Positions 26,617 to 35,826 of a stretch of 63,357 nt of DNA are shown in pieces. The notes beneath the pieces are model-generated. The model did no database searches. It was given only the letters and a program-made list of their open reading frames with translations, and was not told where the DNA came from. Source of the stretch: Desulfurococcales archaeon (GTDB lineage Archaea > Thermoproteota > Thermoprotei_A > Sulfolobales > Desulfurococcaceae); contig JALWZC010000058.1 in assembly GCA_027002875.1 (NCBI GenBank), positions 1 through 63,357 on the forward strand, given 5' to 3'. Made by a program: the position numbers and the translations under genes. The first letter of the stretch is position 1, and each line of letters opens with the position of its first letter.

Positions 26617-28011
26617 CTATAGGAGTGCTCTCTCTATAGATTTGAATAAGTCTCTACATGGTCGTTTATCATTTATTCTCGTTGATACAATGTATCCATA
26701 ATAATTTATAAGTCCACACATATGCATAGTACGCGGATCGATGTATTCACCGTTTACTGCTAATCTATCGGGATATATTGTTTCAGCGGGCACAATAGCT
26801 CTACTTAAATAAGCCTTCCTTAACTCGGATAGTTCGGCGTAGAATTGTCTCTTGGAGCAATCATCACATATTGGTATAGCGGAGTAATATAATGATACAA
26901 CCTGTCCTGTAAAGGATTCTGCGTCGATCACTCTCGGATTGAACACTTTAAAATACGTTGATAAATCTCTTGAAACATATATTTCTCTCAGAAAACCTAT
27001 TCTCCCACCGGATATAGTTATATTTGTTATTAATGATTGCGCATTATCAACTGTGATCTCGTTAACCGCTGTCCGGACTCTATCCGCGTTTATCATCCTA
27101 TAGAGGTTCTTTAACCCTCTAGACTTTATCATTGCTTCAATTAGTTCTGGTATATTGATCAGTAGCTGTGTAAACTTAGTTGGTTTGCTGTACTTATCGA
27201 TTATTTGTAGTAAGTGTGAGTTCACTAATTCTAATTCGTTACGTATTTTCAAGATACGCCCTTTAACTGCTCGAAGCTTAGCCATAACATTTTCGCTGCG
27301 AATATGATCCCAAAATTCGGGAGGTGCATTGTCCAGAAGATAGTTTATCATTAATAGTAGTGCTTTATATTCATCGATCAATCTTTCAAGCTTGCCTTTA
27401 ACCGCTATTAGCTGCGATACTATTCTAGCTTCAAGTACTGGGATAACTATTCTCTTAATCCTCCATTCTTGAAATGAAACCGTATCCTTCATGTTATCTC
27501 TCTTACCAGCAATGTTAAGGATTAGGTTGAGGAGATTGTTAGGTATTTCACTATCAACGAGTATTGTTGAAAAACTTCCTTCCTCAACCATGTTAAAATA
27601 TATGTCAAAGATACCGATCATTTTAAGCCATGCATAAAGCCTTGCATGAATCGAAGTACTTGTTGTTTTAGAGACTAATGCGATAATCGTGAATGTTTTA
27701 CCGCGGAAGTAGCTAAGCCTTGATAATAAATACAATGTTAAGCCTAGATCATATCCATAAAGAGTATCTACGAGGAATACTATATGATCATCCATTAACT
27801 GCAGAGGCTTAAGGTATGTCTCACCGAGTTTATAGTACTGCTTTAAAACGGAGAGCTCAATGTTGTCGAGTACTCTACCACTACGTAATGGTAGATCGTC
27901 TACAATTACTTGTCTTTGGTGCTCAAGGCTTTTTTTCTGTTTCCTCGTAATTACTATAGAGTTGTTTGGTATAAGCCCCCTATTAACAACCGAATCATAA
28001 ACAATGTACAC
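26617..28011 (-). CDS. Hypothetical protein (464 aa), third gene of the AT-rich operon
   Basis: Long ORF 4 nt downstream of the previous gene. No P-loop or catalytic motif recognised. Central coiled-coil-like region and C-terminal Cys residues (CDDC ... C ... C). Confidence 0.55.
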   Translation of the reverse strand: MYIVYDSVVNRGLIPNNSIVITRKQKKSLEHQRQVIVDDLPLRSGRVLDNIELSVLKQYYKLGETYLKPLQLMDDHIVFLVDTLYGYDLGLTLYLLSRLSYFRGKTFTIIALVSKTTSTSIHARLYAWLKMIGIFDIYFNMVEEGSFSTILVDSEIPNNLLNLILNIAGKRDNMKDTVSFQEWRIKRIVIPVLEARIVSQLIAVKGKLERLIDEYKALLLMINYLLDNAPPEFWDHIRSENVMAKLRAVKGRILKIRNELELVNSHLLQIIDKYSKPTKFTQLLINIPELIEAMIKSRGLKNLYRMINADRVRTAVNEITVDNAQSLITNITISGGRIGFLREIYVSRDLSTYFKVFNPRVIDAESFTGQVVSLYYSAIPICDDCSKRQFYAELSELRKAYLSRAIVPAETIYPDRLAVNGEYIDPRTMHMCGLINYYGYIVSTRINDKRPCRDLFKSIERALL

Positions 28012-28015
28012 TATC

Positions 28016-29152
28016 CTACCACCATGATGATAGGAGGAGCTTCCCAGCTGCTAATAACTCCCTAGTTTTATTAACCACATTCTCCGATTCTTTGCTTAAG
28101 AATTCTAGTCTCCTTATTAATTTATCCCAAAGTTCATAGACGTCTTTAATCTTGTAATATTTTAATAGTTCCAGGTGTTTTTCAACGCTATATATTTTTA
28201 GGATCACTTCGCTAGATTCTAGATCCCCTATTTTGGTGTTTCCATCTATGTATAAATTGTTTCTATTATAGAATTGTATTTTGCCTATGTCTTTGCGGGA
28301 TAAATTCATCCTTGCTAAGACCGATTCTACTACTGGAATTGCTACGGATAATAAAGTCTTCGTTACTTCTGCGGCGATATTGGTTTCAAGGATTTGATCG
28401 TCGTTAAAATAAACGTAGAACTTGAGTTCTCTTATAGAGTACTCTGTCAGTTTTAATTTTACGGCAAGGATTGTCGAGTCTTTGTGTTTTAATACGAAGT
28501 CTGTTGGAATAATTGACGCCGGGTTTATCCTTATATTCAAACCTGTTAGAGTCTCAGCTTTTTCAACATTAATTGCCTCCTCATCGTAATCCATACTTAT
28601 AATAGTAGGTGATCCGTGAATTACTAGTTCTAAGTACTCACCGTATTTAAACGTTAAAACATCCTGCTCTATATTAGGAGTGATAGTTCTGCCTTCGGAG
28701 ATCATCTTTACGCTTAGGGCTATTGGAGGGTATTTTTTGTATAGGATTAGAGCGAGTACTAGTAGAACTGTAGAAACGATTACTTGCGAAATGAGATTAC
28801 CCGATATCGAATCTGTTATAGCTAGAATTAACGGCGTTATTATTGATAATACAAGAAGCCCCGACACGTATATCGTTGAACCCTTTATCATACCAGTAAA
28901 TAGTCTTTCTCTTAATACTGACGCTCCAAATAATGTGATCAGTAATAACTGTACTAACGCGTCTACTAACTGTGGAGTAATTACTCTACCTAGAAATATT
29001 CGGTCTAGTATCCATGAATAGAGTTGGTACGCGTTTATTCCCAGTACTCCCCCATAATATATCGCTATTGATAACGCAATAAGAGCAACTATTATACCAC
29101 TCCTTAAAGCTATGGAAACCTCCGGGTAGAGTAGCTTACTGATGTAACCCAT
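28016..29152 (-). CDS. Membrane protein (378 aa), 4-5 N-terminal TM helices plus a soluble domain
   Basis: Hydrophobic helices fill the first ~150 aa, followed by a ~230-aa soluble part ending in a helical K/E/L-rich tail. Confidence 0.55.
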   Translation of the reverse strand: MGYISKLLYPEVSIALRSGIIVALIALSIAIYYGGVLGINAYQLYSWILDRIFLGRVITPQLVDALVQLLLITLFGASVLRERLFTGMIKGSTIYVSGLLVLSIITPLILAITDSISGNLISQVIVSTVLLVLALILYKKYPPIALSVKMISEGRTITPNIEQDVLTFKYGEYLELVIHGSPTIISMDYDEEAINVEKAETLTGLNIRINPASIIPTDFVLKHKDSTILAVKLKLTEYSIRELKFYVYFNDDQILETNIAAEVTKTLLSVAIPVVESVLARMNLSRKDIGKIQFYNRNNLYIDGNTKIGDLESSEVILKIYSVEKHLELLKYYKIKDVYELWDKLIRRLEFLSKESENVVNKTRELLAAGKLLLSSWW

Positions 29153-29167
29153 ATCTCTTTATTCCTC

Positions 29168-30568
29168 CTATTTACCAGGGGGTTTCTCCGCTATGCTTAC
29201 TATATTATCTCTCACTAGACGCCTTATAAAATATGTATAGGAGATCTCTGTTTCTATAGTCCAATTTCGCTTCTCTTGATCATAGTTTGTATATGGAATG
29301 CTTCTCTTCAATGATTTTGAACCTATATAGTTTATAATGAAGGGGTGATGTTCTAAGTATCCTTCTTCGACGAGTTTTCTCTCTATAAACCTGTATATTG
29401 TGTCTTCGTGATTAATTGTCTTGTATAGACCTATTAACAGAGTATATTTATCGTTGTTTAAGACTGGTTTATCGGCCTCTTCGATTGTTAAATTACCATA
29501 TTTCTCGTACACATAGTTTGTAGCATAATACATGCCGATAGTTGGAGCAAGCTGTTTAAAGAAGTTAATTACCTTGTTGAAGTACTCCTTATTATTGAAT
29601 GATAGAAGTATTATAACGGGTTCGCCGAGTATTTCGATGAAATATTTCGATGATAAATATATGCCCTTAATTAATGATTGGTTATTCACATGTTTCTCGA
29701 GATGCTTTTTAAGTATTTTTGACGGCAGGCTATATTTTTCCATAATACTGATAAGTTGTTTAAAAGCGTCTTGTTCATATTCTTTTATTATTATTAAGTC
29801 TATTATGTCGTAGGGCTTATACTTGTCCGGTCTGGCTATTTGTTTTGTAATATCAATAGTTTTACCTACTTCTTCATCAACTTTTTCGAATATTAATTCT
29901 AGGTCTTCTAGAGTATAACCGTTGAGTAGCCATTTAAAGTGCGTGGTGTCTGGCCTTATCGTTGTATCCGTGTTAAATTTTGGCTGGAAACGGTCGACGT
30001 CTTCGAAAAGTACCATTATTATTTCATCGCTACCGTACCATGTTTTATGGGAACTAGTCTTATTCTTGACTAGTTCTTCAAGTTCTCTCCTTATTTCTGA
30101 AACCATTGTTTCAACGTGGATAGCGGGTATATAGTAGTAAACCATTGTTCCCATGATGGATTTTGTTAATGTGTAGAAGCTTAACCATTCAATGTATGGT
30201 AGTCTATATGGTTCTACGTAGCGAGGTATGAATACGAATAAAACGTATAAACCGAGGCGGGCATAGTTCGCCTTAGCGTAGAATTTTAAGCCAAATTTAC
30301 CAAATCTCTTTAAATTCTTAACGACTGATTTTGTACTCATACCATATCTATTCCGAGCACCTGCTAAGCGAATTATCTCTCTAGCAATTGTATTATAATA
30401 CCCTACTTTATTTACACGAGTTAATAAATCTATGTAAAAACCTAGATCAGAATTATATAGTCTATTAAGTTTATCAAGTACTTCACGCCTAAACTGATCT
30501 ATCCTTGAAATGGATCCACCACGAATACTTGCTTCTAGAAATAGTTTTTGCTTAGTCATTTTAACCAC
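29168..30568 (-). CDS. Hypothetical protein (466 aa) with two HTH-like segments
   Basis: YNTIAREIIRLAGARNRYGMSTKSVVKNLKRFGKFGL and DIIDLIIIKEYEQDAFKQLISIMEKYSLPSKILKKHLEKHV each look like wHTH segments followed by beta-alpha-beta-type hydrophobic patterns, a tandem Lrp/AsnC-like arrangement. This is inference only. Confidence 0.5.
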   Translation of the reverse strand: MVKMTKQKLFLEASIRGGSISRIDQFRREVLDKLNRLYNSDLGFYIDLLTRVNKVGYYNTIAREIIRLAGARNRYGMSTKSVVKNLKRFGKFGLKFYAKANYARLGLYVLFVFIPRYVEPYRLPYIEWLSFYTLTKSIMGTMVYYYIPAIHVETMVSEIRRELEELVKNKTSSHKTWYGSDEIIMVLFEDVDRFQPKFNTDTTIRPDTTHFKWLLNGYTLEDLELIFEKVDEEVGKTIDITKQIARPDKYKPYDIIDLIIIKEYEQDAFKQLISIMEKYSLPSKILKKHLEKHVNNQSLIKGIYLSSKYFIEILGEPVIILLSFNNKEYFNKVINFFKQLAPTIGMYYATNYVYEKYGNLTIEEADKPVLNNDKYTLLIGLYKTINHEDTIYRFIERKLVEEGYLEHHPFIINYIGSKSLKRSIPYTNYDQEKRNWTIETEISYTYFIRRLVRDNIVSIAEKPPGK

Positions 30569-30684
30569 ATTTCACGATACATAATCATTATTTTATTCCT
30601 GTTTTTAAAATGCCTTCTCCTAAATTAATGATATTAATAATTCTGCCTATTAATTATCCATAGATAAATACGTGTCATAGTTTA

Positions 30685-31257
30685 GTGGTGATCTCTAATA
30701 TGGATCCTGATGAAAAACCGCGTGTCCTATATGAGGAAGAATTGTTCAAGGGTATAAGGTTTAGAGTTGTTAGGAGGAAATACCAGTATAGGGATAGGAG
30801 TTTCGAAAGGGATATCGTGCTGTTCCCACCTTCAGTAATCATTCTACCAGTACTGAGTTCACAGAAATTACTCCTCATAAAACAGTATAGAGCGCCTATT
30901 GATGATTACATCTATGAAGCCCCTGCTGGTGTTATGGAGCCAGGTGAGTCGCCGAGGGAAGCTGCTAAGAGGGAGTTAATCGAGGAGACGGGGTATACGC
31001 CTAACGAGCTAATTGATGTTGGCGAGTACTATCCAGTACCCGGTTATAGTACTGAAAAGATGCATTTATTCATAGCTAGAGGCCTGGAATATGTTGGTAT
31101 GAAGCCGGAGCCTTATGAGATCATTAAGCCTGTGGTGGTAACGGTTGACCAGGCTGTTGAAATGGTTAAGAACAACGAGATAAAGGATCTTAAGACCGTT
31201 TTCCTAGTACTATTCTACGTTCATTATATGTGGAAGAAGGATTTCGGCGAGGATTAA
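30685..31257 (+). CDS. Nudix hydrolase (ADP-ribose pyrophosphatase-like)
   Basis: Nudix box PAGVMEPGESPREAAKRELIEETGY. ATG at 30700 is an alternative start. Confidence 0.8.
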   Translation: MVISNMDPDEKPRVLYEEELFKGIRFRVVRRKYQYRDRSFERDIVLFPPSVIILPVLSSQKLLLIKQYRAPIDDYIYEAPAGVMEPGESPREAAKRELIEETGYTPNELIDVGEYYPVPGYSTEKMHLFIARGLEYVGMKPEPYEIIKPVVVTVDQAVEMVKNNEIKDLKTVFLVLFYVHYMWKKDFGED

Positions 31258-31601
31258 TGAGTAGCGACGTTGAAAGGATCAAAAAACTGCTAGATATTAA
31301 GTTATTATTTGAAGGGCCCAGCGATTGGACTACTAGGGAGTATATCGAGTTAATAGATGAGTACTTCATGGAGAGGTTACCAGTAATGCTGAATAACGTG
31401 CTTGAACCCTATGGTTTGGAAGCATCTATTATAGAAGATAGGAACGAGTGTAGTCTCGGAATAGAACTGTGCGATGAGAACACATTTATAGTGGAGATCT
31501 ATATGAGGGGTTCGAATAAACCCCTGTATCACGTAGTCTACCGGCGTAGAATTGGAGAAAATACATATGAATTTTATATGAAGCGGTTTTTAATCGCCTA
31601 A
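31257..31601 (+). CDS. Hypothetical small protein
   Basis: Track ORF is 31230..31601; ATG at 31257 overlaps the Nudix stop (TAATG), suggesting translational coupling. Confidence 0.45.
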   Translation: MSSDVERIKKLLDIKLLFEGPSDWTTREYIELIDEYFMERLPVMLNNVLEPYGLEASIIEDRNECSLGIELCDENTFIVEIYMRGSNKPLYHVVYRRRIGENTYEFYMKRFLIA

Positions 31602-31666
31602 TTAAATTTTTATTCTGTATAATTCTCCGAAATTTATAGTTTTCCTCCATTATACAATTCTGGATC

Positions 31667-31879
31667 ATGGTGCAAACATACAGATATGATCAAACACATA
31701 CTATTAAAACGGTGGCCGCAATGACGCTAAGGATCCCAATCAAGAAAACGATCACGACTCGCCTACTAACTATCGCGAATTACGCGGCCACCAAAATCGG
31801 ATTAAGAGGTGTTATAGATATGAATGGGCCTAATGAGCCAGGCGGAGACCCTATTCCAGACGACCCTGTTCCATTTTAA
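31667..31879 (+). CDS. Possible leaderless small ORF (70 aa, Pro/Asp-rich C-terminus)
   Basis: The ATG lies about 30 nt downstream of a TTTATA box (31633-31638). The region is GC-rich and may instead be non-coding. Confidence 0.2.
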   Translation: MVQTYRYDQTHTIKTVAAMTLRIPIKKTITTRLLTIANYAATKIGLRGVIDMNGPNEPGGDPIPDDPVPF

Positions 31880-31949
31880 ACTTTTTATTTAAAGATAAGG
31901 TAATTTTTTAAGATTTATTTTCCTTCTCCTTTTTCTTGGTGGTGGATTA

Positions 31950-32564
31950 TTGTCATCGCTTATCAGGGTTAGGCCTACTAAGATCGAGCTTATCAGGTTG
32001 AAGCGTAGAAGGGAGCTTGCCCGTAAGGTTTATCGTATTTTGAGGGAGAGGCTTACTATACTAGTAAACGAGTTTATGACTCGTATTCGCAGAGCTTATC
32101 ATATTCGTAAAGAGATTAACAGGGATATTCTTGATGTCTATAATGAGGCCGCGTATCTACTTGGTTTGTATGGAGGTAGTATCTACGAGTATTACGATAG
32201 CACAGCTGTTGAAAACTCTAAAGTGGTTATCGGTTTTGAGAATATTATGGGTGTCAAGTCTTACACTGCAATGATGAAGAAAGGCAAGTTTATCAACACT
32301 TATCCGGAGCTAAACGAATTCCGGGAACGTTCAATCATGCTTATTAGCCGTATCATAGAGCTTGGAAGAATTGAGCAGTCTATTAAGACCCTCGGCGTAG
32401 AGATTAATAAGACTAAGCGCAGGGTTAATGCTCTAGAGTATATTTTCATACCACGATTAACCTCGACGATTAAGTATTTACAGATGAAGTTTGAGGAGAG
32501 GGAGAGGGAGGAGAAAGCTAGGCTGAAGCGTGTAAAGAGTATGTTGGAGAAGCACCGGGGTTAA
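31950..32564 (+). CDS. atpD: A-type ATP synthase subunit D
   Basis: RPTKIELIRLKRRRELARKVYRILRERLTILVNEF and the C-terminal coiled coil are typical of the V/A-type D subunit. 204 aa. Confidence 0.8.
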   Translation: MSSLIRVRPTKIELIRLKRRRELARKVYRILRERLTILVNEFMTRIRRAYHIRKEINRDILDVYNEAAYLLGLYGGSIYEYYDSTAVENSKVVIGFENIMGVKSYTAMMKKGKFINTYPELNEFRERSIMLISRIIELGRIEQSIKTLGVEINKTKRRVNALEYIFIPRLTSTIKYLQMKFEEREREEKARLKRVKSMLEKHRG

Positions 32565-32569
32565 GAGGA

Positions 32570-32995
32570 TTGGGGGTTCGGGACGCTTATTTCGAAGATC
32601 TTGTAACACGTGTTTTGACTCGGGAGCTCAGGATTGTTAATAGGCATCTACCCTATAAACGGGTTAGTTTATGCGATCTTGAGAAGATGGATATTCCATA
32701 CATTGTGCTACGAGATGGTACAGCTCATCTAATAGATCCTCGGGAACTTGAGTATTTGACTAATTTGTTGGGAAAGGATAAGTGTAAACTACTCTTACCG
32801 ATCATAATTGAAGCCCGACAATCCCTTGGTGAAGGGACTTATATTGTAAGGGATCGAGTGGCTAAGAGGGTTATTGCGGAAATACTTGGAGTTGAATATG
32901 AGGAGGAGAAGCCCTTGATAATTTACCGGCCACATTTGTATAAGATAAGGGAAGTGCTTCCAACAACCACTACAATTATTTTCTCGCCAACATAA
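32570..32995 (+). CDS. UPF0216 / DUF61 family protein
   Basis: VNRHLPYKRVSL, YIVLRDGTAHLIDPRELEYL, LLLPIIIE and the C-terminal LPTTTTIIF match my recollection of the archaeal UPF0216 family. Confidence 0.6.
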   Translation: MGVRDAYFEDLVTRVLTRELRIVNRHLPYKRVSLCDLEKMDIPYIVLRDGTAHLIDPRELEYLTNLLGKDKCKLLLPIIIEARQSLGEGTYIVRDRVAKRVIAEILGVEYEEEKPLIIYRPHLYKIREVLPTTTTIIFSPT

Positions 32996-33030
32996 TAATT
33001 GGGATACGTAGTTAACTGGGTGGTATGTAG

Positions 33031-33330
33031 TTGTCAGTAAAGATGGAGGATTTGGAAAAAGAGGTTGAAAAGATAATAGAGGAGGCTAAGAAGAGGGCAG
33101 AGGAGATCATACGCGAGGCGGAGAAGAGGGCCGAAGAAATAAGGAATAGGCCTATACCCGTTGAAGCTTATAGTGAAGAAGCAAATAAAATTATTAAAGA
33201 AGCTAAAGAGAAAGCGGAAGAAATACTGAAGAAGGCAGAGAAGGAGGCGGAAAAATATAAGAATATTCCTCGGAAACGTAGGGAAGAAGCTGTAAAAAAT
33301 ATTGTTGACTATGTTACGGGGACAAAGTAA
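33031..33330 (+). CDS. atpH: A-type ATP synthase subunit H (peripheral stalk, Lys/Glu-rich)
   Basis: 99-aa E/K/A-rich helix (EKIIEEAKKRAEEIIREAEKRAEEI), positioned immediately upstream of subunit I. Confidence 0.55.
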   Translation: MSVKMEDLEKEVEKIIEEAKKRAEEIIREAEKRAEEIRNRPIPVEAYSEEANKIIKEAKEKAEEILKKAEKEAEKYKNIPRKRREEAVKNIVDYVTGTK

Positions 33331-35306
33331 TGCCGCCTATACTCGTTAATCGACCTGTTCGAATGAAGTATCTGAATATTGTAGTCCCAATATGGAATGT
33401 TGAAGATGCAGTTAACGTTATGCAGGAAAGCGGAGCGATCCATATTGTTAAGAAGGGAAAGGGTATTGAAAAGTATAGAAAGCTGTATAGAAAGGTTGTA
33501 GAAACTAAGGAGATGATAAATAAGATCCTGGAAAACTATGCTAAGGGTAGAGTGTTAGATGCATCACTAACCCGCTTAGAACTTGAAACTCTCAAGATCG
33601 ATGATATTTATAATGAAGTAATTAAGCTATATAGAGAGATAACCCTTCTCGAAGATCAAGCTTCTAAGCTAGAACTAATAAGTAGAGAGTTAAAGGAGAA
33701 GATTAGTGTTCTCTCAATGCTTGAGCCATCAATTACTATTGATAAAGTATACTATAATGGGAGACTACTATCTGTTTTCACGGTTTATGGGACAATAGAC
33801 CAGATTAACTCTTTCCTAAAACTATGTACTACTTCCCGGAAAACTATTTATCCATTATGTAGTTCTAGTAGGGAAAATTTCGTCATTTACAGCTTTGCAT
33901 ATACTGGTGGACTTGGAGATATAAAGCCTTTAATTGATTCTTGCGGGCTTCACCTCTTAGATCTTTCAGAATTTGTAGGAGAAGCCGCGACTGTAGGAGA
34001 AGTATTGGAATTAATGAATAAGCGATTAAACGAGGTCGCCTCTAAGTTATCTGAGCTTAGGGAGAGGGCAAAGAGGATTGTTGAAGAAAACCTCGACTAT
34101 TTAGCCAAGTATTTACTCTTTATCGAAAACATCTATAATAGATTATCCGGATTAATGAGCAGCCTTAGCTCTAAATACCTTATGCTCTTATCGGGATGGA
34201 TTCCCGCGGACAGAATCGGATATTTAGAGTCTTTATTCAGGGAGAGAAGAATACCCTTTTACTTAGAGGCTAGGGACCCGGTTAAAGGTGTTGATAAACC
34301 CCCTACTCTTCTAAGGAATCCACGTGTTATTAAATGGTTTGAGCCTATCGTTAAGTTTATAGGTGCTCCGAATTACTGGGAATGGGATCCAACCCCTGTT
34401 ATAGCTTATTCCTTCGCGTTTTTCTACGGTGTAATGCTTGGTGATATGGGTTATGCTATCGCTATAATTCTTTCAGCGATTTACCTTTTAGACAAGTTTG
34501 TAGCTGATCCTACTAATAGGGATTACGTGTTTTTTAAGAAGGCGATAATATCTTCGAGTATCATCGGATTCATTATTGGTTTTCTGAGTGGTTCCTTTCT
34601 CGGCGATACTCTTCAATTATTCGGCATAAGGTACTCGTTTACCAACGTCTTCACAGATCCTTTGCAGTTCCTTATATTGGCTATATTGATCGGGCTTGTA
34701 CACGTTAATTTATCGCATGCTTTAACCCTTGTAAAGGCTTGGCGTAATAGGAGTATTGGTGATGTTCTATCCGAGATTGGATTGTTTGTTACTGAAGCCT
34801 TCGGTATACCCTACGTATTGTACTCTATGTTAAATACTCCTATACCCGGTGTACCAAGCTATATGTATACCTATTTCCTCTACGGGGCTTTCGCCGGTAT
34901 TGCTATATTGATCGCTGGAACTGTTAAGAATATGGGGGGTCTGGGATTCTTAATGTGGTTATTCGGCATTACTGGGTTATTGGGCGATGTTCTCAGTTAT
35001 AGTAGGCTTGCAGGGGTTGGGTTAGCAACTATATACTTGGCTAAAAGCTTCAATGCTATAGCAATAATATCCTATCACGGATTATCCGGTATAGCCCCGG
35101 TTATCGGCGTAGTAGTTGGGGGTCTGGTTGCTTTATTTGTAGCGGTGTTCGGCCATATTGTTAATACTGCATTATCAGCCCTGGGTAGTTTTATACACTC
35201 ATTAAGGCTCTGCTTCGTAGAGTTTTTGAGTAAGTTCTATGAGGGTACTGGGTACATGTTTGAGCCTTTCAAAATAGTTTTAAAGCGGAAGATTGTTATT
35301 GAATAA
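33330..35306 (+). CDS. atpI: A-type ATP synthase subunit I (membrane a-subunit)
   Basis: 658 aa. Soluble coiled-coil N-terminal half, polytopic C-terminal half, and the conserved Arg block VLSYSRLAGVGLA. Confidence 0.85.
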   Translation: MPPILVNRPVRMKYLNIVVPIWNVEDAVNVMQESGAIHIVKKGKGIEKYRKLYRKVVETKEMINKILENYAKGRVLDASLTRLELETLKIDDIYNEVIKLYREITLLEDQASKLELISRELKEKISVLSMLEPSITIDKVYYNGRLLSVFTVYGTIDQINSFLKLCTTSRKTIYPLCSSSRENFVIYSFAYTGGLGDIKPLIDSCGLHLLDLSEFVGEAATVGEVLELMNKRLNEVASKLSELRERAKRIVEENLDYLAKYLLFIENIYNRLSGLMSSLSSKYLMLLSGWIPADRIGYLESLFRERRIPFYLEARDPVKGVDKPPTLLRNPRVIKWFEPIVKFIGAPNYWEWDPTPVIAYSFAFFYGVMLGDMGYAIAIILSAIYLLDKFVADPTNRDYVFFKKAIISSSIIGFIIGFLSGSFLGDTLQLFGIRYSFTNVFTDPLQFLILAILIGLVHVNLSHALTLVKAWRNRSIGDVLSEIGLFVTEAFGIPYVLYSMLNTPIPGVPSYMYTYFLYGAFAGIAILIAGTVKNMGGLGFLMWLFGITGLLGDVLSYSRLAGVGLATIYLAKSFNAIAIISYHGLSGIAPVIGVVVGGLVALFVAVFGHIVNTALSALGSFIHSLRLCFVEFLSKFYEGTGYMFEPFKIVLKRKIVIE

Positions 35307-35347
35307 CCGTTAATAATTATTAATCGATATGTGTAGGGGAGAAGTAG

Positions 35348-35812
35348 ATGGATCCGGTTGCGGTTGGTATAGCGTATGCAGGCGCGGCAATGGCGTTGCT
35401 TGGAGGATTAGTTGGTTCAAGTATAGGTATTGGTAAGGCCGGTTCCGCTGGTACAGCTACGCTCGCCGAGGATCCCAAGCAGTTTAGGAACGTCTTCATA
35501 CTAGTATCGCTACCCATGACTCAGACGTTTTATGGATTAATCGTTCTAATACAGTTCATAACACATGTAAACTCCCTAGCCAATCTAACGATGGCTCAGG
35601 GCTTAGCGATGCTGGGATTAGGAATGGCAGCTGGAGCCGCTGAATGGTTGTCTGCATGGTTTCAGGGTGTTATATGTGCATCCGGTATCGCTGAGCTTCC
35701 ACGTACTAAGGGTAAGATAACGTTTAACGCGTTGATACTGGCGGTATACGTTGAGCTGATCGGTATACTCGGTATGGTATTCGCATTAATGGGGTTATCA
35801 ATGATAAAGTGA
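35348..35812 (+). CDS. atpK: A-type ATP synthase proteolipid subunit K, duplicated 4-TM form
   Basis: 154 aa forming two helical hairpins. Hairpin 1 reads LPMTQTFYGL where the carboxylate (P-E-T) is expected; hairpin 2 carries a Glu in AVYVELIGILG. Confidence 0.8.
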   Translation: MDPVAVGIAYAGAAMALLGGLVGSSIGIGKAGSAGTATLAEDPKQFRNVFILVSLPMTQTFYGLIVLIQFITHVNSLANLTMAQGLAMLGLGMAAGAAEWLSAWFQGVICASGIAELPRTKGKITFNALILAVYVELIGILGMVFALMGLSMIK

Positions 35813-35826
35813 GGGAATAAACAGGG

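Noticed and set aside
27700-27730. RGKT in the 464-aa protein, considered as a Walker A motif.
   Set aside because: The required Gly five residues upstream is absent (the sequence is LSYFRGKT), and no Walker B-like hhhhDE follows.
31711-31792. The 9-bp-stem hairpin, tested as a box C/D sRNA like the one at 12471.
   Set aside because: Imposing the 7-12-4 ... 7-12-4 layout on either strand gives non-consensus boxes (for example AATGACG/ATCA or GTAATTC/AGGC), and I could not recognise any guide-rRNA match.
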